Shown one piece after another: positions 37,698 to 51,412 of a stretch of DNA of 64,000 nucleotides. The stretch's first letter is position 1, and the number at the start of each line of letters is the position of its first letter. The stretch lies in NCBI GenBank assembly GCA_963781705.1, contig CAWAGP010000010.1, positions 392,782 through 456,781 on the forward strand, written 5' to 3'. The position numbers and the translations under genes were made by a program. The notes under the pieces were generated by a model, which was not told the origin of the DNA, searched no databases, and saw only the letters and a list, made by a program, of their open reading frames with translations. Origin of the DNA: an uncultured Chloroflexia bacterium. GTDB taxonomy: Bacteria; Chloroflexota; Limnocylindria; Limnocylindrales; CSP1-4.

Positions 37698-38675
37698 CCC
37701 GCCGCCGCCGCTGGAGGAATCGCCGCTTGCGCATGGCGCCCGGCAGCGCCCGAATGAATGCGGGCACAGCCGCCAGGCGCCGTGGGATCGGCGACGACGA
37801 TGAACGCCAGCGACAGGAGTTCCCGACGCAGGATCCACGGCAGGTCGCGCAGGTACATCGAGGGCAACTCGTTCTTGACCTGCATCAGGCGCTGATTCCG
37901 CCACGACATCGCCTTCACCCAGCGGGGGATGGCATTGTTGGTGCGCGCGATCTCGACCAAGGTGCGTGCGCGCGGCCCGCCCGCACCACGGGCGTGCCAG
38001 CCCAGGGCTTTGGGCTCGTACCACGCCGTCCAGCCCAACAGTTGCAGTCGCCAGGCGAGGTCGACGTCCTCCTTGTACATGAAGAAATCCTCGTCGAGGA
38101 TCTCCCAGCCTCCGTTGCTGGCTGGCAGGCGCGCGTCGAGCAGGGCCGCGCGACGGTAGACCGGCGCAGGCCCGTCCGCACCGAAGATCGGGCCAGGCGC
38201 GAGGTGGGCCGAGCCGTCCAGCTCGCCCTGCGCCCGACTCACCACGCGGCGGTCGCGCTGCATCTGCAGCCCGGTGGTGTCCAGCGTCTCCGCCCGTTCA
38301 CCGGGCGCGCTCAGCCGACGCAGCCTGCCCTGCACCGCGCCGACCGCAGGCCGACGGTCAAACGCGCTCGACGGCCTGGTGCAGGAAGTCGGGGTCAAGC
38401 TCGATGTCCTGGTTCAGGAGGCACACGAACTCACCGCGGGCGGCAGCGATGTTGCGGTTGTGGGCGCGCGCATAGCCGAGATTCTCTGATGACTCAACGA
38501 GGCGAATCCGCTCGTCGCTCGCCGCTTCGGCTCTAAGGCGCTCGACAGTGCCGTCTGTCGACGCGTTGTCGAGCACAAGAAGCTCGTAGTCGGCCATGGT
38601 CTGTGCCTCGATGGAGGCAAGACAGCCAGGGAGCCAGCGCATCCCGTTGAACGTAACCAACGACACGAGTGACAT
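37657..38675 (-). CDS. GT2 glycosyltransferase (frameshifted)
   Basis: LVTFNG, LDNASTDG, NLGYARAHN, LNQD, FFMYKEDVDLAWR; tail LRGWFLGH stops at 37657. Confidence 0.87.
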
Positions 38676-38716
38676 GTGGCCGAGCCCGTCTCTCAACGGT
38701 CGCCGGATCAGGAATT

Positions 38717-40244
38717 TCAGGCCTCTTCTTTGCCTGCGAACGGATCCAGCCAGGCGATGGAGAGGATGATGGGGGCGAGCCCGAACGCCGCCAGGAGATA
38801 CGGATTGGTCGCGCCGACCACGAGGACGGAGACGATGATGGCGAAAGGCACGGCAGCTTCTTGCCGGGTGACTCCGACGGCCAGGCGCAGCCGACCCAGC
38901 CTTCCCCGAACCGCGTCGAACAGGAGCCGTAACGGGAAGGACAGGAACAGCAGCAGACCCACGATGCCGGTCTTGTACGTCAGGTCCAGGTACTGCAGTC
39001 TCATAGGAGTAGATCTGTCCGTATGGGTAGTCGGGAGCGATCGTGCCGAAGCCCCAGCCCAGAACGGGGCGCTCGGCGATGTGGCTCGTCAGTACCTGAG
39101 CCTGCTTCAGTCTTGACGGCGTTGGACCGATGCCGCTGCGTCCTCGCCGTCCGAATGCGCTGGCCGCGCGGTCGAGGAGGTCGTGCGGCAGGTTGAGCCC
39201 GCGCCAGACCCAGAACGGTCACGGCCAGGACGAGCGCAGCGCTCGCGCCCAGGATCTGGGCCGACGGCGGAACCCGCCCGCTCCGAGAAGCAGCACCAGT
39301 GCGACGGCGATGCACGCCCCCAGCCAATAGCCACGAGTCCAACTGGCAACCACATCGAGCGCCAGAAGCCCAAAGCAGCAACCAGGGCCACAGCCGTCGG
39401 GGCTGCCGCAACAGCTCCCACGTGACGAGGGCCATGCCCGACCTGGAGGTACAGCCCGCTCCCCAGGTACAGCCGGAAGAAGCCGTCCGGAACGGGATGA
39501 GACTGCCGCCACCCATGTCGAGTCGTCCGAACAGGATCTCGTAGAGCGGTGGCGCCGAGCTGAACAAGTCCGCTCAGGGCCACAAGCGTCAGCAGCGCTG
39601 GTCACCAGCGCATTCGCCGCGCAGGCGACCAGTAGCCATCTTCGCAGCCACCCAAGGTCGCCTCGTTGGGCCAGGGCCGCCAGCGCTACCGCGAAGGCGA
39701 AGAAGAAGTGGACCGTCGCCGTCGCCGAATACGTCACTTGGGGCGTTGCCATTGAGCAGCCCAAGCGTCATCCATACGCCTGGCAGCACAACGGCTAGGA
39801 CGACGGCGTGCACTGTGTATCGCCCGAGACGAAGTTGGTGCGCGCGCGCAGCGAGGCCGAGCTGAAAGAGGCCGCCGGCGAGGACCATCACGTCCAGCAC
39901 GATCCGCCCCGAAACACCACCTGGAAAGACCGTCCAGTGGCCCGAGGCCCCAGCGACAGCAAGCTCGAGCACCGCGATCGCGACCGCCGCCCTGTAGTAG
40001 ACGACGGTCAGCCCAGCGAAACTCACCAGGAGGATGGCTTGGCAGGCCAGTTCGGCGCTCTGGAGGAACGGATCCAGTGGCCCGCCCGTGCCCGCGATCC
40101 GCAGCGCGGTCAGGGCGACGATGTCGACCACGACGAGAACCACGAGCGCGATGCGCGCAACCGCCGCGATCCGTGCCCTGGGTCGCGCGCTCTCTGAGCT
40201 GCTGCGGCCGGTTGTCGCGGGTCGAACTCAGGATCTTGGCCCAC
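38717..40244 (-). CDS. Wzy/O-antigen ligase-like multi-TM protein (many frameshifts)
   Basis: Hydrophobic pieces in several frames; ASWTRGYWLG, LQYLDLTYKTGIVGLLL, ATNPYL. Confidence 0.72.
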
Positions 40245-40298
40245 CGCGGCATCGTACCGGACGTCTCACGTGAGCTAATACGTGGGAAGATGGCGCCG

Positions 40299-41709
40299 AT
40301 GATCCGACGCCACGTGCGGCTGCTCCGGCTGGGCCTCGTGGCTGCGGACGCGCTCAGTGCGTTCCTGCTGTTCGTCCTCGTGGTCGGCCTGCGCTTCGAC
40401 TATCTCGACCCCGCAGCGAATTGGGACGTTCTGGGCGTCGACCCAGCGCAGTTGGCCGCGGCCTACGGCGTCCTCTGGGTCGCCTCGCTCTGGATTGTGG
40501 GGCTCTACCGGCTGCGCACGTACTGGTCGCTACGCGGGGAGGCAGTGGACATCCTGAGGGCGGTGGCGGTGGCGGCCGTGGCCTCCTTCAGCCTCACCTA
40601 TCTGCTCAAGCTCGAGAACATCAGCCGACTCTTCGTTCTGATTCTCTTCGTCGCCCAGCCCGTCCTCACACTGGCGAGCCGTCTCGCGCTGCGTGCCTAC
40701 CTCCGATGGGTCCGGGGCAGAGGGCAGAACGAACAGCAGGTGCTGATAGTCGGCTCGGGCAAAGAGGCACGTGAGTTTGCCCGTGAGATCGAGGGACACA
40801 CCGCGCTTGGCATGCGGGTGATCGGCTATCTTGCCGGGCCGGGCACCTCCCCAATGGCCGGAGACCATCCCGTACTCGGGACGATCGACGAGATCCAGGA
40901 AGTGCTTCATGGCAGAGTGGTCGACGAGGTTGTGATCTGCCTCCCGCCCAACGACTGGAGCTACGTGGAGCCGGTCACGCGGATCTGCGCGGATGAGGGA
41001 AAGATCGTTCGTGTCGCGATGCAGCCACTGGGCGACATCCTGAGCGGTGGCCGTTTCGAACAGCTGGGCGACACGCCCCTGGTGACCTATCTTCCCGGGC
41101 CGGACCGCGTTGTGGCGCTCGCGCTCAAGCGTCTCTTCGACATAGTCGTCTGCTGCGCTGGGCCTCGTGATTCTCAGCCCGGTCCTACTTGGCGTGGCTG
41201 CCTATATCCGGATCCGCGACGGCTCACCGGTGCTCTTCCGGCAGGAGCGCGTGGGCCTGCACGGCCGCGTATTCACGTGCCTCAAGTTCCGCACCATGAG
41301 CCGCGACGCAGAGGAGCGTTTCCCGGAGATGGCGCACCTCAGTGATATCCGCGGTCCGGCCTTCAAGATGACGGCCGACCCAAGGATCACGCCCACTGGG
41401 CGTTGGCTGCGCAGGACGAGCTTGGACGAGCTGCCGCAGCTGGTCAACGTGCTGAAGGGTGAGATGAGCATCGTTGGGCCCAGGCCGGCGCAAGCGTTCG
41501 AGGTGGCCGGCTACAGCGTCTGGCACCGCCGGCGGCTGGCGATGCGGCCGGGCATGACCGGCCTATGGCAGGTGGAGGGCCGCGGTGGCGACGACTTCGA
41601 CAACCGGGCCGCCCACGATCTGCGCTACATCGACCGCTGGTCCTTCTGGCTGGATCTCAAGATCATGCTCCGCACGATCCCGGCGGTCCTGCAGCAACAG
41701 GGCCGCTGA
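40299..41709 (+). CDS. Priming undecaprenyl-phosphate hexose phosphotransferase (frameshift near 41160)
   Basis: TM region, VLIVGSG, KRLFD, FRQERVGLHG, KFRTM, DPRIT, TSLDELPQL, PGMTGLWQV. Confidence 0.92.
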
Positions 41710-42005
41710 AGCGTGTGGCCGGTGGCGCGGGTCGACCTGCAGTCGGCCATCGATGGCCAGGTGGCTCAGTCGACTGGCAGCGGATGCTGATCGTCCGCAA
41801 GCCCTGTCCGAACCAGGCCGTGGTTCCGGGCTGCGCCGAACTGGCTGCAAGCCTCTGCCTTAGGTGTAAACGCGCAGCGGCAATCCCGTATTTCCCTCTC
41901 CCTGGTGCTATGTACACGAGCGGTAACCTAAGCAGTGCAGGCTGAGTAGAGAGGGATCCCAGCAAACGCTCTCCCAGCCGCCGAGCGAGGAGGGTACGTG
42001 CCGCC

Positions 42006-43412
42006 GTGATTCGCCGTCACGGGATGTTGCTGCGTCTCTTGCTCGCGCTGGTCGACGGCGCGGCCGTCCTCGTCCTGATCGCGCTCATCTCCGGGCTGCG
42101 CTTCGGCGGCGACTGGCGCGCCAACTGGGACCAGATATTCGACGTGCCCTGGGCGCCTGCGCTGCTCGTCGCGCTCGGCTGGATTGGCGTGCTCTGGACG
42201 CAGGGCCTGTACCGCCTCCGGGCGAGGTGGTCCTTCGTGGCCCAGGTGATCGGCGCTGGCCCGCGCGCTGGCGGTGATGATCCTGCTCACCTTCGCCGCA
42301 CTGTTCCTGTTCAAGCTGCCCGAGGTCAGCCGGTTGTTCGTCCTGGCGCTGCTGCCCGCGATGGCGTTCGCGTCGCTGCTGCTGCGCGCCGCCATCCACT
42401 ACTACCTGACGGCGCTTCGCCGGCAGGGCCGGAACACGCGCAACGTGCTGATCGTGGGTTCGGGCCCGTCGGCCGTCCACTATGCGCAGGAAATCGAAGC
42501 CAACTCCACCCTGGGCCTGAAAGTCTTGGGCTATCTCAACGGCGACCAAGCCGAGCCGAGCATGGGCGTGCCCTTCCTGGGCGCTTACGACCAACTCGGC
42601 GAGGTGCTGCACAGCCAAGTCGTGGACGAGGTCGCCGTCTGCCTCGACTTTGCCGAGTGGGAGCTGATCAACAAGGTCGTTGAGTTGTGCCGGGCGGAGG
42701 GCAAGCTTGTCCGCATCCCCATCGGTGGCGCCTTCCTGGCCGGCGCGCAGACGTACCTTGAGAACCTGTCCGGCATGCCCGTCCTGTCGGTGCTCGAGGG
42801 TCCCGACCGCCAGCTGGGCCTGGCCGTCAAGCGCTTGCTGGACATCGCGAGTGCGGCGATCGGCCTGACGCTCGGTTCGCCCGTGTTCCTCGCGGTGGCA
42901 TTGGCGATCGTCGTGAAGAGCGGCCGCCCGGTCTTCTTCCGGCAGGAGCGCGTGGGCCTTCACGGCCGCCGCTTCCGCGTCCTCAAGTTCCGGACGATGG
43001 TCCCCGATGCGGAGGATCGCCTCGCCGAGCTGGCCGCGATGAACGAGATCAAAGGCCGAGCTTTCAAGGTGACCGATGATCCGCGGGTGACTCCGATCGG
43101 CCGCTTCCTTCGGCGCACCAGCCTCGACGAGCTACCGCAGCTGTGGAACGTGCTGTCGCGGCGAGATGAGCCTGGTCGGGCCGCGCCCGCCGCTGCCGTC
43201 GGAGGTCGACGAGTACGACGTCTGGCACCGTCGGCGGCTGTCGATGAAGCCGGGCATCACCGGCCTGTGGCAGGTTGAGGCGCGGCGGGAAGCTGGACTT
43301 CGACCGATGGGTTGAGCGGGACCTCGAGTACATCGACCGCTGGTCGCTCTGGCTCGACACCAAGATCGCCATCAGGACCATCCCGGCGATGCTGCGGTCA
43401 GAGGGACGGTAG
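42006..43412 (+). CDS. Second priming sugar phosphotransferase (frameshifts near 42250 and 43160)
   Basis: Same architecture: KRLLD, KFRTM, DDPRVT, TSLDELPQLWNV, KPGITGLWQV. Confidence 0.92.
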
Positions 43413-43559
43413 GCACCAATGACACAAGCCCAGACCTTTGTAGCCCACGTGAAGCCGGACAGCACGGGGCTAGCCTCGGCTGCGCCTCACGCCGATCAGG
43501 AGCATTTTCATGTTGTCTGACACTGTCGCTTGGCCGGCGCCTCCTCTATTCTTCCGAAA

Positions 43560-45685
<2,126 letters not shown>

Positions 45686-45896
45686 ACCACTCCGCGCAGC
45701 CGACAATGACGTCCTCGCGAAGTCCGTGTTGTCGAGCGACAACAGTAAAAGGCATGGCCGTACGTCAGGGTGGCCTACCTGTTGGGGTCGCTCCCAACGA
45801 CGCAGCCACTGACCTCCGCACCATCGCCTGCCATCGGGCCGTGCCAATCGACAACGCGTCCCCTTCCGTCCGGCTATCATCGGGGACGAGCGAACG

Positions 45897-46628
45897 ATGA
45901 CGACCGTCGCGATAATCCAGGCTCGCACAGGCAGTTCGAGGCTGCCGTGTAAGGTTCTCCTCCCTCTCCTCGGTGAGCCGCTGCTCACACGGGTCGTGCG
46001 TCGCGTCGGTCGAGCCGATAGTCTCGACAAGGTCGTCGTGGCGACAACGACCCTACCCGCCGACGATGCCATCGTGTCATTGGCCGAGCTTCAGGGTTGG
46101 CCCGTCGAGCGCGGCAGTGAGACGGACCTACTTGATCGATACGTGCAGGCCACACGTCGTCATCAAGCGGACGTGGTCGTCCGGATCACCTCCGACTGCC
46201 CACTAATCGACCCGCGACTGATCGACGACACGGTGGCCCAATTCCAACAGGGTCGATGCGACTACGCGAGCAACTCGCTCGAGCCCCGCACCTACCCAAG
46301 GGGCCTGGATGTCGAGGTCGTGACCGCCGAGGCCCTGGAGCGCGCGTGGCAGGAGGACGGGGATCCCTTGTCTCGTGAGCACGCAACCCCGTGGATCCGG
46401 CGCCATCCCGAGCGCTTTCGACTGCTCCGGGTCGCCTCCGACGATGACCAATCGCGCCATCGCTGGTGCGTGGACACGGTGGAGGACTTCGAACTCGTTC
46501 GGAGGATCTACGGCGCATTCGGGCGCGACGACTTCGGGTGGCGCGATGCACTAGGTCTGGTCGATGCCCATCCGGATTGGTTGGAACTCAACAGACATGT
46601 CGCGCAGAAGGCGGTGCTGGCTCCATGA
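45897..46628 (+). CDS. spsF: SpsF-type cytidylyltransferase (probable CMP-Pse synthetase)
   Basis: IIQARTGSSRLPCKVL, RGSETD, RITSDCPLIDP, YPRGLDVEV, REHATP, VDTVED. Confidence 0.87.
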   Translation: MTTVAIIQARTGSSRLPCKVLLPLLGEPLLTRVVRRVGRADSLDKVVVATTTLPADDAIVSLAELQGWPVERGSETDLLDRYVQATRRHQADVVVRITSDCPLIDPRLIDDTVAQFQQGRCDYASNSLEPRTYPRGLDVEVVTAEALERAWQEDGDPLSREHATPWIRRHPERFRLLRVASDDDQSRHRWCVDTVEDFELVRRIYGAFGRDDFGWRDALGLVDAHPDWLELNRHVAQKAVLAP

Positions 46629-47722
46629 CGTCGCCTCGCCGCCTGTCGCCGGATCGCCTGCTCACTGTACGTGCGGATGCCTCGGGGACCATCGGCACAG
46701 GCCATCTTCTGCGAGTTCTGGCGCTCGCGCAGGCATGGATCGACGCTGGCGGTCGCGCTGCCTGCCTTGTGGCAGAGGCGCCTGAGGCTCTCACCGCTAG
46801 GCTGACCGGCGCTGGTGTCGAGGTCCGTCGAGTTCCGGCGAGGCACCCGGATCAATCGGATGCGGCCACGGTCCGGGCCGCGGCCGCCGACCCGGAGGCA
46901 CGCGTGGCGATTGATGTGCCGTGGGCAGACACGAGCTATCTCGACGCCCTCGGCGACGTCCGCCAGCGAGCGCTAGTGATCGACGACATGGCGATGCTGT
47001 CCCACTATCCGGTCGGCATCGTCGTCAACCAGAACGCGCACGCAAGTCGCGCGTCGTATCCCGCCACGTCTGATGGCACGCGGTATCTGCTTGGCCTGCG
47101 CTACGCGATGCTCCGGCGCGAGTTCTGGGTTGAGCCGCCCGCCCGAACGATCCCGGTCCGAGCTCGTCGATTGCTGGTGACGTTCGGCGGCGCCGATCCG
47201 TTGGGCCTGACCATCCGCACGGTCGCTGCGCTTAGTGGTCTTCCGGCGGCTATCCGGCAGGATCTCGCGATCCGTGTGATCGTCGGCGCGGCCAATCCGG
47301 CCGCCGACGCGATCGAGGCTGCGATCGCTGCGTCACCGATCGTCGCTACACTAGAGCGTGCCGTCGAGGACATGGCAGGGGCTATGGCGTGGGCCGATCT
47401 TGCGGTCGCTTCGGGTGGAACCACCATCTGGGAACTCGCTCGGGTAGGGTGCCCCGCTCTCGTCGTCGAGTCCGGTCCATCCGAGGCGTTCCTTGTGCGA
47501 GGACTCGAGCGAGTTGGCCTATTCGACCGCCTCGGCGCGGCGGCCGAACTCGACGATACCGTGCTCGCGGCGGTGATCGCCCATCGGCTCGAAGACGTCG
47601 GATGGCGGACTAGAATGGCCGACATGGGGCCTCGCTTGGTTGACGGCGCCGGGGCGCGCAGGGTGGTCGATGCGCTCGCTCGTACCGAGGAGGTACCGGC
47701 AGGGACCCATGTTGGGGGATGA
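46625..47722 (+). CDS. pseG: UDP-2,4-diacetamido-2,4,6-trideoxy-beta-L-altropyranose hydrolase
   Basis: RADASGTIGTGHLLR.LALA, IDD, LLGLRYAMLRREF, FGGADP, ADLAVASGGTT.WE, VDGAGARR. Confidence 0.88.
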   Translation: MTSPRRLSPDRLLTVRADASGTIGTGHLLRVLALAQAWIDAGGRAACLVAEAPEALTARLTGAGVEVRRVPARHPDQSDAATVRAAAADPEARVAIDVPWADTSYLDALGDVRQRALVIDDMAMLSHYPVGIVVNQNAHASRASYPATSDGTRYLLGLRYAMLRREFWVEPPARTIPVRARRLLVTFGGADPLGLTIRTVAALSGLPAAIRQDLAIRVIVGAANPAADAIEAAIAASPIVATLERAVEDMAGAMAWADLAVASGGTTIWELARVGCPALVVESGPSEAFLVRGLERVGLFDRLGAAAELDDTVLAAVIAHRLEDVGWRTRMADMGPRLVDGAGARRVVDALARTEEVPAGTHVGG

Positions 47723-48717
47723 CCGAGAGAGCGCGGAGCTGGCTGGGGAGCGCGTACTCGTAACCGGTGGCGCGGGCGTCATCGCGCGAGAGGTCCTCGA
47801 GCTTCTCGCAATCCGAGGTGCCCGTGTCCTGTCGGTCGATCGTCTGGGGCTTTCGTTCCAGCCGCCGCCCGGCGTCGATCACATGGTCGCCGATCTGGCC
47901 ACGACCGACTTCGGGCCGATCGCTGCGTTCCGGCCCCGGACCATTCTCCATCTCGCGGCGACGTTCGAGCGATCCGTCGAGTCGGCTGAGTTCTGGGAGC
48001 AGAACTGGTCGGACAACGTCACGGTCACCCATCGCCTCGCGGAGATGGCGGCGCGGGTGGGCGGTGTCGAAGCGTTCGTCTTCGCTTCGAGCTACCTCGT
48101 CTACCGGACGAAGCAGTATCTGTTCGCGCGTCCCGTCGGAGACGCCGTCCCGCTGACGGAGGAGTCCGTCCTCGATCCGCGGAACCTGTGTGGCTCGGCC
48201 AAGCTCTACGGGGAGGCCGAACTCGCGTTCGCCCGCGACGTGCTGGGCGGGCGATGGCGAACCGTGAGTGCCCGGATCTTCCGGGTCTACGGGCGCGGAT
48301 CGCGGGACGTCGTGTCGCGCTGGATCCGGGCCGCGCTGCGCGGCGATCCAATCGAGCTCTACCATGCCGAGAATTGGTTTGACTACATCTTCAGCCGCGA
48401 TGTCGCGGAGGGGCTGATTTCGGATGGCTTTCGAGCCCCGGGCCTATGGGCCAATCAACTTGGGGTCAGGTCGCGCCCGTTCGGTCGCCGATGTCGTAGC
48501 GGCAATCGAAGCGGCGACTGGCGCGTCACTTCATGTCGAGATGCGCCGGGTCGACGACCCGTACGAAGCGAGCCAGGCCAGTCTCGATCGGCTTCGCGCG
48601 TGCCTCGACTGGAGCCCCGGCATCGACCTCGAGGCCGGGATCGATCAGGTCGTGGCCCACGAGCGGGACGCCCTCGTTGCCAGTCTTGACAGTCGGATCC
48701 GGAGGAAGAGACCGTGA
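47709..48717 (+). CDS. NAD-dependent epimerase/dehydratase, atypical (frameshift near 48420)
   Basis: VTGGAGVIA, HLAA, FASSYLVY, CGSAK in place of YxxxK, RIFRVYG. Confidence 0.8.
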
Positions 48718-49621
48718 GAACGCAGAGGGCTTCGGTCGTCGTTGACGAGCGATGGGGCTATCGCCGGCTCGACCCGCTGCCGTCGAGTTCGGAGCTCGAC
48801 GGGTTCTATGAGAGCCGGTATCGCGACGAGCTCGATGCCGGCGGGCGGGCGCCGGATCTGGCCCGCCTGATCGCGGGTGGGCCGGACGCGGCCCGCGAAC
48901 GTGCCTGGCTAGCCGCGACCATCCACAACGACGTACTCGATGCGATCGATAGAGGAGCTGAAGAAGGGGCGCCCAGACGCGTGCTCGACGTAGGCTGTGG
49001 AACTGGCGATCTCGTCAAGTTCCTGGGCGACCGTGGTTGGGATGCGTTCGGGACCGAACCATCCGTCGAGATCGCCGCGGCCGGCCAGGCAGGGGGCTGC
49101 GGATCGAAGCGGCGACCGGCGCCGTCTTCGTCGAAAGGTGGAGGGCAGCCAACGATCCTTCTTTTGGCGCGATCGTCCTGCTCAACGTGTTGGAGCATGT
49201 CCCCGACCCTGCGGCACTCCTCGCGACCCTCGCGACCACGCTCGCGGTCGACGGTCGACTTGTCGTCCGTGTCCCCAACGATTTCAGTCCGCTCCAGGAG
49301 GCGGCTCGACGGGCGCTCGACCGGGAACCGTGGTGGATCGTCGCCCCGGACCACGTGAACTACTTCGATCACGCCTCAGTCGCGGGCCTCATCGAAGGGC
49401 TTGGGTTCGAGATTGTGGATCGTTTGGCCGACTTCCCGATGGAGCTGTTCCTTCTGATGGGTGACGACTACACGTCGGACCCAGCTGTCGGGTCGGCGTG
49501 CCATGAGCGGCGGCGGCGTCTTGATCTTTCGCTCGAGCCGAGCGTCCGGCGATCGCTCGGGCGAGCATGGGTACGCGTGGGCATGGGGCGGAATGCGTTC
49601 GTTGTTGCCCCGCTGCCATAG
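48714..49621 (+). CDS. Class I SAM-dependent methyltransferase (frameshift near 49095)
   Basis: VLDVGCGTG, GTEPS, NVLEHVPDP, VPND, PDHVNYF. Confidence 0.88.
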
Positions 49622-50628
49622 TGACCGCTCTTCCAGGACGCGCATCACCAGACCGGCCGAACGTGCTCATCACGAGCGCGTCGCGGAAGGTGCTCCTTGT
49701 CCGTGCGTTCCGCGAGGCCCTCGCCCGCGTTGGCGGCGGCCGGGCCGTCGCCGCAGACATCAGCCCAATGTCGGCGGCGCTCTACGAGACGGACGTGGCT
49801 TGTCTCCTCCCTCGATCGGAGGACCCGGCGTTTCTCGCGGCGCTCTCTCGGCTGTGTAGTGACGAACATGTCGGCCTCGTCATCCCCACTCGCGATGAAG
49901 AGCTTCCGGTCCTTGCCGCAGCCCGCGCGCAGTTCGCCGACGAGGGGACGCTGGTCCTTGTCTCGGACCCGATCGCCGTGGCGACCTGCCGTGACAAGGT
50001 GCTATTCAAGACGGCCGTCGACGTGGCTGGCCTCGATGCACCGACAGGCTACGCGGACCCGGCGTTGGCGCCGCTCCCCGCATTCGTCAAGCCGCGTTTC
50101 GGCAAAGGCGGTCGCGGGGCACGGGTCGTCACCACGCGCGAGGAGTTAATCGCCGCCGTCACAGGGCTCGGAGAAGATGCCGTCATCCAGGAGCTGGTCG
50201 AGGCGCCGGAATTCACAATCGACGTCTTCGTCGACCTCGATGGCCGCGCAATCTCGTGTGTCCCGCGCGAGCGGATCCTCGTCGTGGCGGGCGAATCCGT
50301 CGTCTCGCGCACGGTTAAGGATCCTGGCCTGGTCGAGGCCACGCTCCGCCTTGTCGGCTCGATCGGGCTCGTGGGTCCTTTGACCGTCCAGGCCTTCCGC
50401 ACCGCCGACCGAATAGCGTTCATCGAGATCAACCCGCGCTACGGCGGCGGGGCCAACCTCAGCTTCGCGGCGGGCGCACCGACACCCGAGTTCGCCATCC
50501 GGCTTGCCCGCGGTGAGCGCCTCGATTGCCGACTCGACGCCTACGAAGCGGGTCTCATCATGCTCCGCCACAGCGAAGACCGCTTTGTACGGACGGACGA
50601 GCTCGTCGTGCAGGAGTTAAAGGCATGA
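49621..50628 (+). CDS. ATP-grasp protein (carbamoyl-phosphate synthase-like)
   Basis: NVLITSASRK, IPTRDEEL, CRDK, FVKPRFGKGG, QELV..EFTID, IEINPRYGGG. Confidence 0.9.
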   Translation: MTALPGRASPDRPNVLITSASRKVLLVRAFREALARVGGGRAVAADISPMSAALYETDVACLLPRSEDPAFLAALSRLCSDEHVGLVIPTRDEELPVLAAARAQFADEGTLVLVSDPIAVATCRDKVLFKTAVDVAGLDAPTGYADPALAPLPAFVKPRFGKGGRGARVVTTREELIAAVTGLGEDAVIQELVEAPEFTIDVFVDLDGRAISCVPRERILVVAGESVVSRTVKDPGLVEATLRLVGSIGLVGPLTVQAFRTADRIAFIEINPRYGGGANLSFAAGAPTPEFAIRLARGERLDCRLDAYEAGLIMLRHSEDRFVRTDELVVQELKA

Positions 50629-51407
50629 TCCGCTCGACTGCCGAGCGCCCGATCCAGTCAGGACCGCTTCCTGCGGGCAGCCGAGTTGGTGGAGCTAAGG
50701 ACAGCGTGAAGGCTGTTCTCTTTGATTTGGATGACACTCTGTACTCCGAGGCTGCGTACGTTCACTCTGGGTTTGCGGCGGTCGCAGCGTTCCTCGCGCC
50801 CCGGCTTCAGACCCAGGCGACCACCTTGGCCGCGCGTCTCGACGCGCTACACCAGAGAGATGGCAGGGGTCGCCTTTTCGACACACTGCTTGCAGAGCAG
50901 GGAGTAGTCGACCCGAATAACATACTCGCGCTCGCATCCGTCGTCGCATATCGAACGCACGTCCCTCAGCTAACCCCTTTTTGGCAGGTCGTCCCTGTGC
51001 TTGATCAATTGCGTGCAGCTCGCATCAAAATTGGCGTCGTCTCGGACGGTCTAGCCAGCGTGCAACGCACCAAGCTACGAGCTATGACTGAGCTGGTGGC
51101 CCGTTTGGACGCGATAGTCCTAACCGACGAACTGGGTCCCGAGTATCACAAGCCTTCGCCCGTGCCGTTCCGCGTTGCATGCGTCCTCTTGGGAGTCGAG
51201 CCCGCTGATGCCGCGTACGTGGGGAACGATCCTCGCAAGGATTTCACTGGCGCGCGCGCCGCGGGACTTCGCACAATACGCGTAGGCGAGTGGCCTGATG
51301 AGGGCGGCACGCAAATCTCGGACTATTTCATAGATGACGCCGACGAGCAGATATCGCCGTTTGCGGCGCTGCCCGCGGCGCTTGGTCTTGCCTGTCCCAG
51401 AAGGTGA
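50625..51407 (+). CDS. HAD-superfamily hydrolase
   Basis: FDLDDTLY, VSDG, KPSP, YVGNDPRKD. Confidence 0.9.
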   Translation: MIRSTAERPIQSGPLPAGSRVGGAKDSVKAVLFDLDDTLYSEAAYVHSGFAAVAAFLAPRLQTQATTLAARLDALHQRDGRGRLFDTLLAEQGVVDPNNILALASVVAYRTHVPQLTPFWQVVPVLDQLRAARIKIGVVSDGLASVQRTKLRAMTELVARLDAIVLTDELGPEYHKPSPVPFRVACVLLGVEPADAAYVGNDPRKDFTGARAAGLRTIRVGEWPDEGGTQISDYFIDDADEQISPFAALPAALGLACPRR

Positions 51408-51412
51408 TAGAA

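Noticed and set aside
41731-41742. GTCGACCTGCAG resembling a vector polylinker
   Set aside because: A 12-bp match is plausible by chance in GC-rich DNA, with no flanking vector sequence.
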